A stretch of 64,000 nt of DNA from Candidatus Multivorans sp. (GTDB taxonomy: Bacteria > Acidobacteriota > Thermoanaerobaculia > Multivoradales > Multivoraceae). Made by a program: the position numbers and the translations under genes. Under the pieces are notes generated by a model that saw only the letters and a program-made list of their open reading frames with translations, was not told the origin of the DNA and did not search any database. Location of the stretch: the NCBI GenBank assembly GCA_965247095.1, contig OZ251997.1, positions 3,040,001 through 3,104,000 of the forward strand, given 5' to 3'. Below are positions 8,722 through 18,180 of the stretch, piece after piece. Each line of letters opens with the position of its first letter. The first letter of the stretch is position 1.

Positions 8722-10650
8722 TTAGTGCGTCGCGTCGCGCATGAAGCGCGGCATGATCGAGTGGTCGCCGCGGATCATCTCCGACATCTCGGCGAGATCG
8801 TCAGCGAAAGTACTGCGGGTGACCGTCAGGTAGCGCCAAGCCGAGAACCATCCGCTCTGTTCCCGAATGCTCGCGGTCGACTGGGATGCCGACCACTCGG
8901 CGGCATCGGTGTTGCCCACGGCCCACTGAGCCAGAGCCAGACATTGGTGGTAGTTCGCATTTGGCTCTTTCCTGGGCTCGGAATGGTCAAGTTCGACTAC
9001 TCTGGCGAATGGCTCAGAAGAAATCTCTTGTTGCTCAGCCCAGCAGGCCATACCGTAGTTGAACGCGGACTGGATTTGCATGTCTTCCAACCTGGCCTCT
9101 TGGCACCGGATGACGGCCAGTGCTTCTGAGAAGCGCCGTAGTGCCAGAAGAGTCAAGACAAGACCTTGCCGGGCCATGCTCAGTTCCTCTTGCTTGAGGT
9201 CTGACTCTCTCAACAGGGACTGAAGAACCGTGGCGGCGACGTTGGCTTCCTCACGGCTTCGCGTCAAGTTGTTGGCCAAGGAGATCTTCCCGACGTTCGG
9301 TAGTTGCTCCATTGCGGGCGAGCCTGGTACGAAATTCAGGTGTTCTGGGAGTAGCATCAAGAGCGCACGCCTCAGATCACCGTATGAAGCGGAATGAACG
9401 CTAAGAACAGCGAGAGCGTCCTGGCTAGCCCCCTCACGGTCGTTGAACTGTGCTCGGCGGAGTTCGCCTCGTGCAAGGTGGACAGCTGCCTCGCTGTAGC
9501 CAACGTCGATGGACCGGTCGAACAAGTCAATGGAGTTCTCTGGGCCGTCGTAGTCCAGCTTCCCAAGCCGGAACAGCACCTCTCCATCGGTGGAATGATG
9601 TGTTTGGATTCGGTTCAGTCGATTCTTTAGTGTCTCTAGCTGCTCTGAACCACCAGGAAGGCGGAAGACTGCTCGTCGCCGTTCCAGCCACTCAATGTAG
9701 TCGAGTGCCCCGGCGCGGTCTTCGGGATTCGCACGGGCGAGCTCTGACACTAGAGTCCGGTACTCGCGAGCGAGGCGGCTCCGCGGGCGGTCCTTCGTGA
9801 AAACCGTCTGGTTTAGTAGAGATAGACTGTTGTATCGATGGATTGCGAGGGGTTCTCGGCGGAACCCGAGGCTTCCCTGGAAGGACGCGATGATGTTCTC
9901 GAGGATCGCAGCCTCGTCGTCGAGGTCTGGTACGTTCGACAGAACGAAATGAAGGTCGATCGCCTTGTGGCGGGGTCCACTCTCCTCCGCACGAATGTCG
10001 CTAACGACCTTCTTGAGACCCCTTAGGTTCTGTTGATTGGGGAAGAACAGGAGTACGACGGCGTCCGGGAGCTGTCGCGTACAAATGCCGCCGACGTCTG
10101 TGTAGCCTGTGCGGGAATCGATAAGGACGTAGTCGGGGTTCAGGTCGGCTCGCCACTGTTCCTTCAGGTCCTCGAACAGTAGGTACCCGTCGAAGTGCTC
10201 GTAGAGAAGGCCCCAGTCGATCCTGTTTAGTCTATTAGCGTAGCTCTGGTCTTGGGATCCGGACGGCATGATCCAGAGGCTACCTTGCGGGCTTGAAGGA
10301 CCACCATGGCCCTCGAGATCCAGGGGGTCTTGGTCAGTCGAGAGCGGCTCAGCATCCTGCTGTGCGGGCTGTGTTGCCTTCCGCTTCCAGCAGTACTCGG
10401 GCGCTTCGAAACGGAACTCTTTGGCGTCCGGTGCCTGATTAGTTGATAGGTACGATTCGACAAAGTCGACCATCCCGGGTGTCGACCCGGCCTTGGGGCC
10501 GAGACTGAAAGTGTCGAGGCCCGGTGCCTCTAGATCAAAGTCGACGGCGAGAACTCGCGAGCCCCTGTTGGCTAGCTCGACGGCGACGTTGACAAGGGCC
10601 ATCGTGCGGCCCACTCCTCCTTTGAAGGAGTAGAAGGTCGTGATGTACAT
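8722..10650 (-). CDS. KGGVGR-motif ParA/MinD-like ATPase with C-terminal helical (TPR-like) domain
   Basis: TFYSFKGGVGRTMAL (Arg in place of Walker A Lys), VDFDLEAPGL, YVLIDSRTG; helical repeats in residues ~310-640. Confidence 0.8.
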   Translation of the reverse strand: MYITTFYSFKGGVGRTMALVNVAVELANRGSRVLAVDFDLEAPGLDTFSLGPKAGSTPGMVDFVESYLSTNQAPDAKEFRFEAPEYCWKRKATQPAQQDAEPLSTDQDPLDLEGHGGPSSPQGSLWIMPSGSQDQSYANRLNRIDWGLLYEHFDGYLLFEDLKEQWRADLNPDYVLIDSRTGYTDVGGICTRQLPDAVVLLFFPNQQNLRGLKKVVSDIRAEESGPRHKAIDLHFVLSNVPDLDDEAAILENIIASFQGSLGFRREPLAIHRYNSLSLLNQTVFTKDRPRSRLAREYRTLVSELARANPEDRAGALDYIEWLERRRAVFRLPGGSEQLETLKNRLNRIQTHHSTDGEVLFRLGKLDYDGPENSIDLFDRSIDVGYSEAAVHLARGELRRAQFNDREGASQDALAVLSVHSASYGDLRRALLMLLPEHLNFVPGSPAMEQLPNVGKISLANNLTRSREEANVAATVLQSLLRESDLKQEELSMARQGLVLTLLALRRFSEALAVIRCQEARLEDMQIQSAFNYGMACWAEQQEISSEPFARVVELDHSEPRKEPNANYHQCLALAQWAVGNTDAAEWSASQSTASIREQSGWFSAWRYLTVTRSTFADDLAEMSEMIRGDHSIMPRFMRDATH

Positions 10651-10656
10651 CTGCCG

Positions 10657-11226
10657 CTAGGCAGCCACAGGCCGCAGCAGGAATCCGGCCTGCCCGGCCT
10701 GGAGAGCATCCGGCTGCTTGAGGCGACGGAATCTGGGCGGACCGGTGGGACCTGAGGCCTCTGAGGATGGGCGCGCGCTTAGTGCCGCCACCAGCTTCCC
10801 GAGCATGGCCCAGCCTAGGTCGGTGCCGAGCAGCCGCAGGTAGTGGTCATTGGCGCGGTTTTGGGCGACGGCGCCGGTTTCCCAGCGCTTGATGGTGGCT
10901 TCGCCGAGCCCCGTGATCTGCGCGAATGCTGTGCGGCTCAGCTTCCGACGTTCGCGGATCGTTCGGATCTGCCAAGGAGTCAACAGGCCGTGGTAGCGGT
11001 AGATAGCCTCGGTCTCGATTCGCGCTCCTACGTGGTCGACGAACTGGAGGTCGCAGTCGGAACATGCCCTGACGGGCATCGTGATGGCGATCTCGCGGTC
11101 GCCGAACTCGACCGTGTCGTCTTCGATCGACGTCGTCGCGGGCCCTTCGCACCTAGGGCAGATCGCCGTGGTGCGGCTTGGGTCGTCCGCCGCCACTTCG
11201 TCCTTGGGCCTTCTGTAGTCGATCAT
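10657..11226 (-). CDS. MqsA-like antitoxin (Zn ribbon + Cro/XRE HTH) with C-terminal extension
   Basis: CPRC...CSDC; LLTPWQIRTIRERRKLSRTAFAQITGLGEATIKRWETG; GGAGG RBS. Confidence 0.85.
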   Translation of the reverse strand: MIDYRRPKDEVAADDPSRTTAICPRCEGPATTSIEDDTVEFGDREIAITMPVRACSDCDLQFVDHVGARIETEAIYRYHGLLTPWQIRTIRERRKLSRTAFAQITGLGEATIKRWETGAVAQNRANDHYLRLLGTDLGWAMLGKLVAALSARPSSEASGPTGPPRFRRLKQPDALQAGQAGFLLRPVAA

Positions 11227-11274
11227 CGTGCTGTCCTCCGGTTTAGCGTTTCGTTCGCGTTGTCAGCGGGCAAA

Positions 11275-11637
11275 CTAGTAGTGGAAGCTGCGGCCGTGGA
11301 CCAATCGTCGATTCCTGCTCAGCTCCAGCTTCACATACAGTGTCTGTGGGTTTCCCTCTAGTTCCACCTTGAGCACGTAACCGACTCGGGCGGGCGGTTC
11401 ATCGAGCGGAACGATCTCTACAGGGTGACCTTCCTCCAGCTTCTCGGCCACGAAGTCCCACGCCGAATGGCGCGTGAAGGTAGGGAAAAAGCCGCCTCTT
11501 GGATCGCGGACTGTCGTTGGTCGCCACTCCGTAGGTCGCTTTCGAGTCCATGTGTCATCTCGAGTCCTCTCGGAACGGGCCAACTTGGCCAGCAGCCTCC
11601 GGGTTTCTCGGTCGATCTGGTCTCCAGGCACGGCCAT
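11275..11637 (-). CDS. Putative MqsR-like (RelE-fold) toxin
   Basis: 120 aa, upstream of the MqsA-like gene (toxin-first order as in mqsRA); C-terminal LYVKL...SFHY pattern. Confidence 0.55.
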   Translation of the reverse strand: MAVPGDQIDRETRRLLAKLARSERTRDDTWTRKRPTEWRPTTVRDPRGGFFPTFTRHSAWDFVAEKLEEGHPVEIVPLDEPPARVGYVLKVELEGNPQTLYVKLELSRNRRLVHGRSFHY

Positions 11638-11663
11638 CGGTTGCCCTACGGCCAGCGCATGGA

Positions 11664-11730
11664 GGATCGTATGATCCCTATGGAGAACTTGTCAAGCTTG
11701 TCGGGGTCGTGGCAGGGGATCATGTGATCC
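11664..11730 (-). promoter_or_regulatory. Sigma70-type promoter TTGACA-N18-TACGAT with two GGATC-N4-GATCC palindromes
   Basis: -35 at 11690-11695, -10 at 11666-11671 (minus strand); palindromes at 11664-11677 and 11717-11730. Confidence 0.65.
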
Positions 11731-11763
11731 GATCCTCGCGTCGGCTTAGTGGAAGGCGGGATG

Positions 11764-11779
11764 ACACACACACACACAC
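11764..11779. repeat. (AC)8 dinucleotide microsatellite
   Basis: ACACACACACACACAC read directly. Confidence 0.9.
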
Positions 11780-11842
11780 CACGGGTTGCCGATGCAGCAC
11801 GCCGGCGTCTCGTACCGGTGGTTCCCCCAGGACTTGCGCGCC

Positions 11843-12694
11843 CTACGAGGCCCGGTCGCGAGCCGCCGCTAGCGCGCGCTTGCCGTAGACCTTGCCGACG
11901 TGGACGCGGTAGTCGCCGGAGGCGAAGATGTCGCCGATCGGGTCTTCGGTGTCGAGGCCGGCAGCGGCTGCTGCGATCGCTTCGTCGGAGAGATCGCTGC
12001 CGACGAGGGAGGACACGTCGACCGCGGTCGGCACGGCGCCGACTCCGCCGACGACGAGGCCGGCTGCGGTGCAGCGGCCGTGATGGACGGTGACGGAAGC
12101 CGCGGCGCCGACGACGGCGTAGCCGGAGGCCGGGTGCTCGAACTTGAGGTAGGCGGCGCCGGTGCCGGCGCCCAGGGCGGGGACGTCGACGTGGGTCAGG
12201 ATCTCGTCCTCACCGACGTCGGTCATGAGCAGGTCCTGGAAGAAGTCGCCGGCGGCGACGGAGCGGGTGCCGGACGGGGACTGCAGGTGGACCTGAGCGC
12301 CGAGCAGGACGAGCACCGGCGGCAGGTCGGAGCCGGGGTCGGCGTGGGCGATGTTGCCGCCGATCGTGCCGCGGTTGCGGACCTGGGCGTCGCCGATGTG
12401 GCCAGCCGCTTCGGCGAGGACCGGGCAACGGGCGGCGAGCAGGTCGGAGGCCGCGATCTCGGCGTGGGTGGTCAGGGCGCCGATCCGGACCGAGCCGTTC
12501 GCGGCGGAGATCCCCTTCAGTTCGTCGAGGCGGCCGATGTCGATGACCACGGGCGGCTGCGCGAGGCGCAGCTTCATCATCGGGATCAGGCTGTGGCCGC
12601 CGGCCATCAGCTTGGCGTCTTCGTGCTCCTGCAGCAGGCCGAGTGCTTCATCGACCGATCCGGCGCGGCGGTAATCGAATTGGGCTGGGTACAT
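11843..12694 (-). CDS. coxM: Xanthine dehydrogenase/CODH-family FAD subunit (CoxM-like)
   Basis: MYPAQFDY, AGGHSLIPMMKLR, QVRNRGTIGGN, ADPGSD. Confidence 0.9.
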   Translation of the reverse strand: MYPAQFDYRRAGSVDEALGLLQEHEDAKLMAGGHSLIPMMKLRLAQPPVVIDIGRLDELKGISAANGSVRIGALTTHAEIAASDLLAARCPVLAEAAGHIGDAQVRNRGTIGGNIAHADPGSDLPPVLVLLGAQVHLQSPSGTRSVAAGDFFQDLLMTDVGEDEILTHVDVPALGAGTGAAYLKFEHPASGYAVVGAAASVTVHHGRCTAAGLVVGGVGAVPTAVDVSSLVGSDLSDEAIAAAAAGLDTEDPIGDIFASGDYRVHVGKVYGKRALAAARDRAS

Positions 12695-12852
12695 ATCGGT
12701 GCTCCTGATTCGGCAGCTTCGGTGGTTCGGCTGCGGAGTCTAGAAGACTGCGCGACAGAACGATACGAAGTGAGGTCGGTCGTGCAGCATTCTAGTGAGG
12801 TGGGGATGGGGCCAAACTCCGAGTCAGCGAGGCGTTTGGCGGCGCTAGGCGG

Positions 12853-15207
12853 TTATCCGGCGTTCACGGCCCGCCACACCTTCTCGGGCGTGAGCGGCAT
12901 GTCGATGTGAGTGACGCCGAACGGCGCCAGCGCGTCGACGACGGCGTTGACCACGGCCGGGGGCGAGGCGATGGCGCCGGCTTCGCCGACGCCCTTGACC
13001 CCCAGCGGATTGTGCGGGCAGGGCGTGGTCGTGCGGTCGAGTTCGAACGGGATCAGGTTGTGGATCTTGGGCAGCGCGTAGTCCATCAACGAGCCCGTGA
13101 CGAGTTGTCCGCTCTCGTCGTAGACCGCGTTCTCCCACAGCGCCTGCCCGATGCCCTGGGCCAAACCCCCGTGGAGCTGCCCGTCGACGATCATCGGGTT
13201 GATCACGTTGCCGACGTCGTCGACCGCGGCGTAGCGCAGCAGTTCGATGGCGCCGGTCTCCGTGTCGACCTCCACCACACAGATGTGGGTGCCGAACGGA
13301 TAGGTGAAGTTGGCGGGGTCGTAGAACGTGGTGGCGGAGAGGCCCGGTTCCAGGTCGTCGGGGTAGTTGTGCGCCAGGTACGCCTGGAGCGCCACGTCGC
13401 CGAGACCGAGCGCGCGGTCGGGCGAGCCGGCGACCCGGAAACTGCCGTCCTCGTACTCGAGGTCCTCGGCGGATGCTTCGAGCAGGTGGGCGGCGATCTT
13501 CTTGCCCTTCTCGATGATCTTGTCGACGCTCCCCGCGATCGCCGAGCCGCCGACGGCGGCGCTGCGGCTGCCGTAGGTGCCCATGCCGAACTGGACCAGG
13601 TCGGTGTCGCCGTGGATGACCTCGACCGCCTCCGGAGCGACGCCGAGCCGGTCGGCGACGATCTGGGAGAACGTCGTCTCGTGGCCCTGGCCGTGGGACG
13701 AGGAGCCGGTGTAGACGGTGACGGAACCGGTGGGGTGGACGCGCACGTCGGCGCTCTCCCACAGTCCGGCCTGAGCGCCGAGCGAGCCGACGACCGCCGA
13801 GGGCGCGAGGCCGCAGGCCTCGATGTAGGACGAGAAACCGATCCCTAGCTGCCGGCGGCCGTTGCCGTTGGCGCGGCGGGACGCCTGCTCGCGGCGCAGG
13901 TCGTCGTAGCCGACCATCTCGAGCGCGCGGTCCATCGCCGGCGCGTAGTTGCCCGAGTCGTACGCGAGCGCGACCTGGGTCTGGTACGGGAAGGCGTCCG
14001 GCGGCACGAAGTTCCGCTTGCGAACTTCGACCGGCCCCAGACCAGTCGCGTCGCCGGCGAGGTGCATCAGCCGCTCGACGACGAAGGTCGCTTCCGGGCG
14101 TCCGGCGCCGCGGTAGGCGTCGACGGGCGCGGTGTGGGTGAAGACGCCGGTGACGTGGCAGTGGATCGCCGGGATGTCGTACTGGCCGGACATCAGCGTG
14201 CCGTAGAGACAGGTCGGCACGGAGGGCGCGAAGGTCGAGAGGTAGGCGCCCATGGCGGCCTTGGTGTCGACCCGCAGGCCGATGATGCGGCCGTCGCCGT
14301 CGAACGCCATTGCGCAGTGGGTCGAGTGGTCGCGGCCGTGGGCGTCGGTGAGGTTCGTCTCGGTGCGCGTCGCGGCCCACTTCACCGGGCGGTCGAGCTT
14401 CATCGAGCACAGGCCCACGATCGCCTCGTCGGCGTAGTGGTGGATCTTGCTGCCGAAGCCGCCGCCGACCTCGGGCGCGACGATCCGCACCTTGTGCTCG
14501 GGCATGCCGAGCGACGCGAGCGTCATCAGCAGGCGATGGACGTGCGGATTCTGGGTCGTCATGTGGATCGTCATGTGGCCGGTCGACGAGTCGTAGGAGG
14601 CGAGCACCGCGCGTGCCTCGATCGCGTGAGGGATGAGCCGGTTGTTGCGGAGATCGAGCTCCACCGTCTGGGCGGCCTGCGCGAAGGCGGCGTCGACCGC
14701 ATCCTTGTCGCCGATCTCCCAGTCGAAGGCGACGTTGCCGGGCGCGTCCTCGTGGACGGTGGGCGCTCCGTCCTCGAGCGCGGCGACGACATCGGCCACC
14801 GCGTCGAGCGGTTCATAGTCGACCGCGACCCGGTCGGCGGCGTCGCGGGCGATGTAGCGGTCCTCAGCCACGACCACGGCCACCGCGTCGCCGACGTGGC
14901 GGACGGTGTCGACCGCGATCATCGGATGGGCGGGCGTCTTGAGGCCGGGCAGGAGCCAGCCCACGGGGACCACGCCGGGAATGCCGGCCGCCGCGACGTC
15001 GCGGGCCGTGAGCACGGCGAGGACGCAGGGATATGCCTCCGCGGCGGAGGTGTCGATGCCGCGGATCCGGGCGTGGGCGTAGGGGCTGCGCACCATCGCG
15101 GCGTGCGTCATGCCTTCGACCTTCAGGTCGTCGGTGTACTTGCCGCGGCCGGTGATGAGGGCCGGGTCCTCCCGGCGCTTGATCGAGGTGCCGAGTACGC
15201 GCGCCAT
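12853..15207 (-). CDS. coxL: Molybdopterin large subunit, CoxL form II-like
   Basis: [18 protein letters not shown], active-site loop [22 protein letters not shown]. Confidence 0.88.
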   Translation of the reverse strand: MARVLGTSIKRREDPALITGRGKYTDDLKVEGMTHAAMVRSPYAHARIRGIDTSAAEAYPCVLAVLTARDVAAAGIPGVVPVGWLLPGLKTPAHPMIAVDTVRHVGDAVAVVVAEDRYIARDAADRVAVDYEPLDAVADVVAALEDGAPTVHEDAPGNVAFDWEIGDKDAVDAAFAQAAQTVELDLRNNRLIPHAIEARAVLASYDSSTGHMTIHMTTQNPHVHRLLMTLASLGMPEHKVRIVAPEVGGGFGSKIHHYADEAIVGLCSMKLDRPVKWAATRTETNLTDAHGRDHSTHCAMAFDGDGRIIGLRVDTKAAMGAYLSTFAPSVPTCLYGTLMSGQYDIPAIHCHVTGVFTHTAPVDAYRGAGRPEATFVVERLMHLAGDATGLGPVEVRKRNFVPPDAFPYQTQVALAYDSGNYAPAMDRALEMVGYDDLRREQASRRANGNGRRQLGIGFSSYIEACGLAPSAVVGSLGAQAGLWESADVRVHPTGSVTVYTGSSSHGQGHETTFSQIVADRLGVAPEAVEVIHGDTDLVQFGMGTYGSRSAAVGGSAIAGSVDKIIEKGKKIAAHLLEASAEDLEYEDGSFRVAGSPDRALGLGDVALQAYLAHNYPDDLEPGLSATTFYDPANFTYPFGTHICVVEVDTETGAIELLRYAAVDDVGNVINPMIVDGQLHGGLAQGIGQALWENAVYDESGQLVTGSLMDYALPKIHNLIPFELDRTTTPCPHNPLGVKGVGEAGAIASPPAVVNAVVDALAPFGVTHIDMPLTPEKVWRAVNAG

Positions 15208-15208
15208 C

Positions 15209-15676
15209 TCAGCTCATCCTCTCGGCGGCGTACTTCACGGCCTCCACGATGTTGTGGTAGCCGGTGCATCGGCAGATGTTGCCCTTCAGCCCCTCGCGGA
15301 TCTCCTCGTCGCTCGGGCTCGGGTTCTGCGCCAGCAGGTAGTTCGCGGACAGGATCATGCCCGGTGTGCAGTAGCCGCACTGCAGGCCGTGCTTCTCCCA
15401 GAAGGCGTCCTGCAGGGGATGCAACTCGCCGTTCTGGGCCAGGCCCTCGATTGTCTGGACCGCCGCGCCGTCCGCCTGTACCGCAAGCACGGTGCAGGAC
15501 TTGACCGCCTGGCCGTCGATCAGAATCGTGCAGGCGCCGCAGAGACTGGTCTCGCAGCCGATGTTGGCGCCCGTGAGGCCCAGATCTTCCCGCAGGAAGT
15601 GGACCAGCAGGCGCCGCGGCTCGACCTCGGCCTGTACCGCCTTGCCGTTGACTTCGAGTTGTATGGACACGGTCAT
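15209..15676 (-). CDS. coxS: 2Fe-2S small subunit (CoxS-like)
   Basis: [11 protein letters not shown]...KSC and QCGYCTPG...CRCTGY; start at MTVSIQ after an AGGAG RBS. Confidence 0.92.
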   Translation of the reverse strand: MTVSIQLEVNGKAVQAEVEPRRLLVHFLREDLGLTGANIGCETSLCGACTILIDGQAVKSCTVLAVQADGAAVQTIEGLAQNGELHPLQDAFWEKHGLQCGYCTPGMILSANYLLAQNPSPSDEEIREGLKGNICRCTGYHNIVEAVKYAAERMS

Positions 15677-15782
15677 CTCTGGAGTGTCTCCTTTCCTGGG
15701 CTGCTTTGGCGAGGATAGATCACGATCGCCTACCCTGATGGACGAAGGTGTGGAATTGGACGAAGCATTGATCGTGATCCTC

Positions 15783-16385
15783 CTACGAGCAAGCGCGAAG
15801 TGAAACGGCGATGGCGGCAAGAACGATCAGGGCGCCGCCGGCAAGGTATGGCCAGAGTTCCTTGGCCAGACCGGCAGCGAACCGGCCGGCGAAGGCGGCC
15901 TGGGACGGCGTTTCGGCACCGGCAGCCGCCGCCGCTGCAGCCGCTCGCGCCTCGAGCTGCCTGTCCAGGCCCTGGAGGCCCTGGCGGGTCAACACCTTGG
16001 CCGAGCTGTCGAGCAGCCGCTGGCCGACCGCGGCGATGCGGCCACCGACCCGGGCGTCGATGTCGTAGTGGAGCATAGTGCCGCCGTCTTCGGAGTCCTC
16101 GAGGCGAATGGAGCCGGTACCGGTGACGAAGCCCGGCGCCCCCTTGCCGTCCATCTTCAGGTTGTAGCCGTTCTGTGGGTCGAGGTCGAGAAGTTCGACG
16201 CCGCCCTCGAACAGCCCCTGCACGGGGCCGACCTTCATCTTCAGCTTGCCGCGAAACTGGTTGTTTCCGACCGGCGCCATGTCCTCGCAGCCGGGCAGGG
16301 TGCGAGACAGGACCTCCGGGTCGAGGATCGCTTCCCAGACGACATCGCGCGGCACGGCGAGGGCGTGCTTGCCTGTGATCTTCAC
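15783..16385 (-). CDS. coxG: CoxG/SRPBCC-family accessory protein with C-terminal membrane anchor
   Basis: [32 protein letters not shown], hydrophobic C-terminus. Confidence 0.85.
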   Translation of the reverse strand: MKITGKHALAVPRDVVWEAILDPEVLSRTLPGCEDMAPVGNNQFRGKLKMKVGPVQGLFEGGVELLDLDPQNGYNLKMDGKGAPGFVTGTGSIRLEDSEDGGTMLHYDIDARVGGRIAAVGQRLLDSSAKVLTRQGLQGLDRQLEARAAAAAAAAGAETPSQAAFAGRFAAGLAKELWPYLAGGALIVLAAIAVSLRACS

Positions 16386-16502
16386 GTTCCGTGGCGGCGG
16401 GACCGGCTGCCTGACAGCGAACCGCGATGGGAAGTGGGCGCGACAGTGAACATGAGCGCGAGCAGAGGGAGATCTACCACAGGCGCGGGGCTGTTTGGGC
16501 CG

Positions 16503-17558
16503 CTACGCCCGCACGTAGCGAACCACCGGGTCTTGCTCGGACTCCAGTTCGCCCACGTTCTCGGCCACGAGTTCGCCGCGCTGGTAGAGGTACTCCACGT
16601 GCGCGCCGGCCTCTTCCAGGGCGAGGAGCACGGTGTAGCCGCGGACGGCGCCGAACAGGGTGCGGCTGATGTCGGCGGTGGTCTGCGACGCCCGGCAGGT
16701 GTCGACGATCTGTTCGAGCCGTTCGTGGTGGGAGTGGCGGATCTCTCCGACTCTCAAGGTCACGTCCTCGATCGGCTCTTCGTGGCCGCCCAGTCCGATC
16801 TGGATGCCGTCGAGCGTCTCGACCTTGCCCAGCGCCTCCAGGTAGTGGCCGAGGCCCATGTTCAGGGTCAGCGACTCGGGCGACTGGTGGGGCGTGATGC
16901 GCGCCAGGACATGATCGGCGGTCAGCAGGATGTCGTCGACTCGGAGGCACACCTGGCCGGGACAGTGGCCCGGGACGTGCAGGACCTCGATGTCGAGATC
17001 TCCGCCGTCCGCATCCGGGACGGGTTGGCCCTCGTCGAGCAGGAACTGGACCGGCACCGAGCCGTAGCGCGCCTTGGGCGCCGTGTACATCATCATCAAC
17101 TGGTCGCACTTGCCGGCCGATAGGCCGGCGCGGTTCAGGAATACCCGAAGCTGGTGCGAGGCGACCACGACCCGTTCCTCGTAGTGGGTCAGCACGCGGC
17201 GGTCGAGGACGTGGATGCCTACCGGCGCCTCGGTGTGGCGGCGGACGAACTGAAGGCCGCCGAAGTGGTCCATGTGGCCGTGGGTGATCAGGATGACGTC
17301 GATGTCGGCGAGGCCGATGCGAGTTCCGAAGCGGTCCTCGACCGAGGCCAGGCCGCGCACCAGGTTGTCGTTGGAGAAGTCCATGCCCGATCCGCAGTCG
17401 ACCAGGGTGCGGCGGGCGCCGTCGTCGATCACGTAGACGTTGCCGAAGAAGTTCGGGAAGACCTCCATGTTCAGGGCGTACACGACCCTCCCGGCGGCGC
17501 TCACGAAACGTCGCGGCGACTCGAGCTGCTTCTTGGCGCTTGAGGTACTTGCCCGCAT
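16503..17558 (-). CDS. MBL-fold metallo-hydrolase
   Basis: THGHMDHFGG (HxHxDH), PGHCPG, ADH, GGH. Confidence 0.88.
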   Translation of the reverse strand: MRASTSSAKKQLESPRRFVSAAGRVVYALNMEVFPNFFGNVYVIDDGARRTLVDCGSGMDFSNDNLVRGLASVEDRFGTRIGLADIDVILITHGHMDHFGGLQFVRRHTEAPVGIHVLDRRVLTHYEERVVVASHQLRVFLNRAGLSAGKCDQLMMMYTAPKARYGSVPVQFLLDEGQPVPDADGGDLDIEVLHVPGHCPGQVCLRVDDILLTADHVLARITPHQSPESLTLNMGLGHYLEALGKVETLDGIQIGLGGHEEPIEDVTLRVGEIRHSHHERLEQIVDTCRASQTTADISRTLFGAVRGYTVLLALEEAGAHVEYLYQRGELVAENVGELESEQDPVVRYVRA

Positions 17559-17604
17559 GGGCCTGCTCAGCTAGCTCTCAGCCGGACCGGCGCTTCGTGC
17601 TGGA

Positions 17605-18120
17605 TCAGTTGGTCAGCGCGGAGACGAGTGCGTCGACGGCCTGGTCGGCGATCTCGCCCATCTCGTCGTCCGTGCGGTCCTGGATCGGGTGCCGCACGTA
17701 GACGACCTCCGGCGAGGAGCCGAGCGACTTCGACTGCGACTCGGCCGCGTCCTGGAACTCGCACGAGGCGACGAACACGGACGGCAGCCCCATCTCTTCC
17801 AACTGGGTCGTGTCGTGCACACTGCACGACGTGCAGGACCCTCAGTCGGCCAGCGCTTCGATCACCGCGTCGCAACGCTGGGCGATCTCGGCGCGCAGGT
17901 CGGCCGGCGCCACCTTGGAGAAGGTGGGCTTGGTAAAGCGGAGCACCGACGCGCCGCGGCTCTCGATTCGTTCCTCGACGCGGCCGAGGAAGATGTCGCC
18001 GCGCGCCTTGGAGATGTCGAGCAGGGCGATCGTCTTGCCGTTGATGGAGTCGAGTCGCGGCGCCGCAGTGCGCGCTGCGGGGGCCGCCTCGTTCGTCGGG
18101 TCGATCAGAGTCTGGACCAT
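17605..18120 (-). CDS. UGSC-family selenoprotein, 171 aa, Sec at TGA 17842-17844
   Basis: ORFs 17842-18120 and 17605-17820 are in frame and joined by TGA-GGG-TCC-TGC-ACG-TCG-TGC-AGT (U-G-S-C-T-S-C-S). Confidence 0.85.
17812..17830 (-). promoter_or_regulatory. Putative bacterial SECIS hairpin
   Basis: GUCGUGCA-GUG-UGCACGAC perfect 8-bp stem, starting after an 11-nt spacer 3' of the UGA, G in the loop. Confidence 0.65.
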
Positions 18121-18180
18121 GGGTTGTCTCCTCGGTGAGCCCCGAACGATACACGACCCACGCTGCTATCGTCGCCTGCC

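Noticed and set aside
8506-8724. Stop-codon readthrough fusing the ATPase to the downstream remnant
   Set aside because: The stop is TAA, not a recoding codon; being in frame has a one-in-three chance, and the remnant is broken anyway.
12853-15207. True aerobic CO dehydrogenase
   Set aside because: Lacks the Cu-binding AYxCSFR motif.
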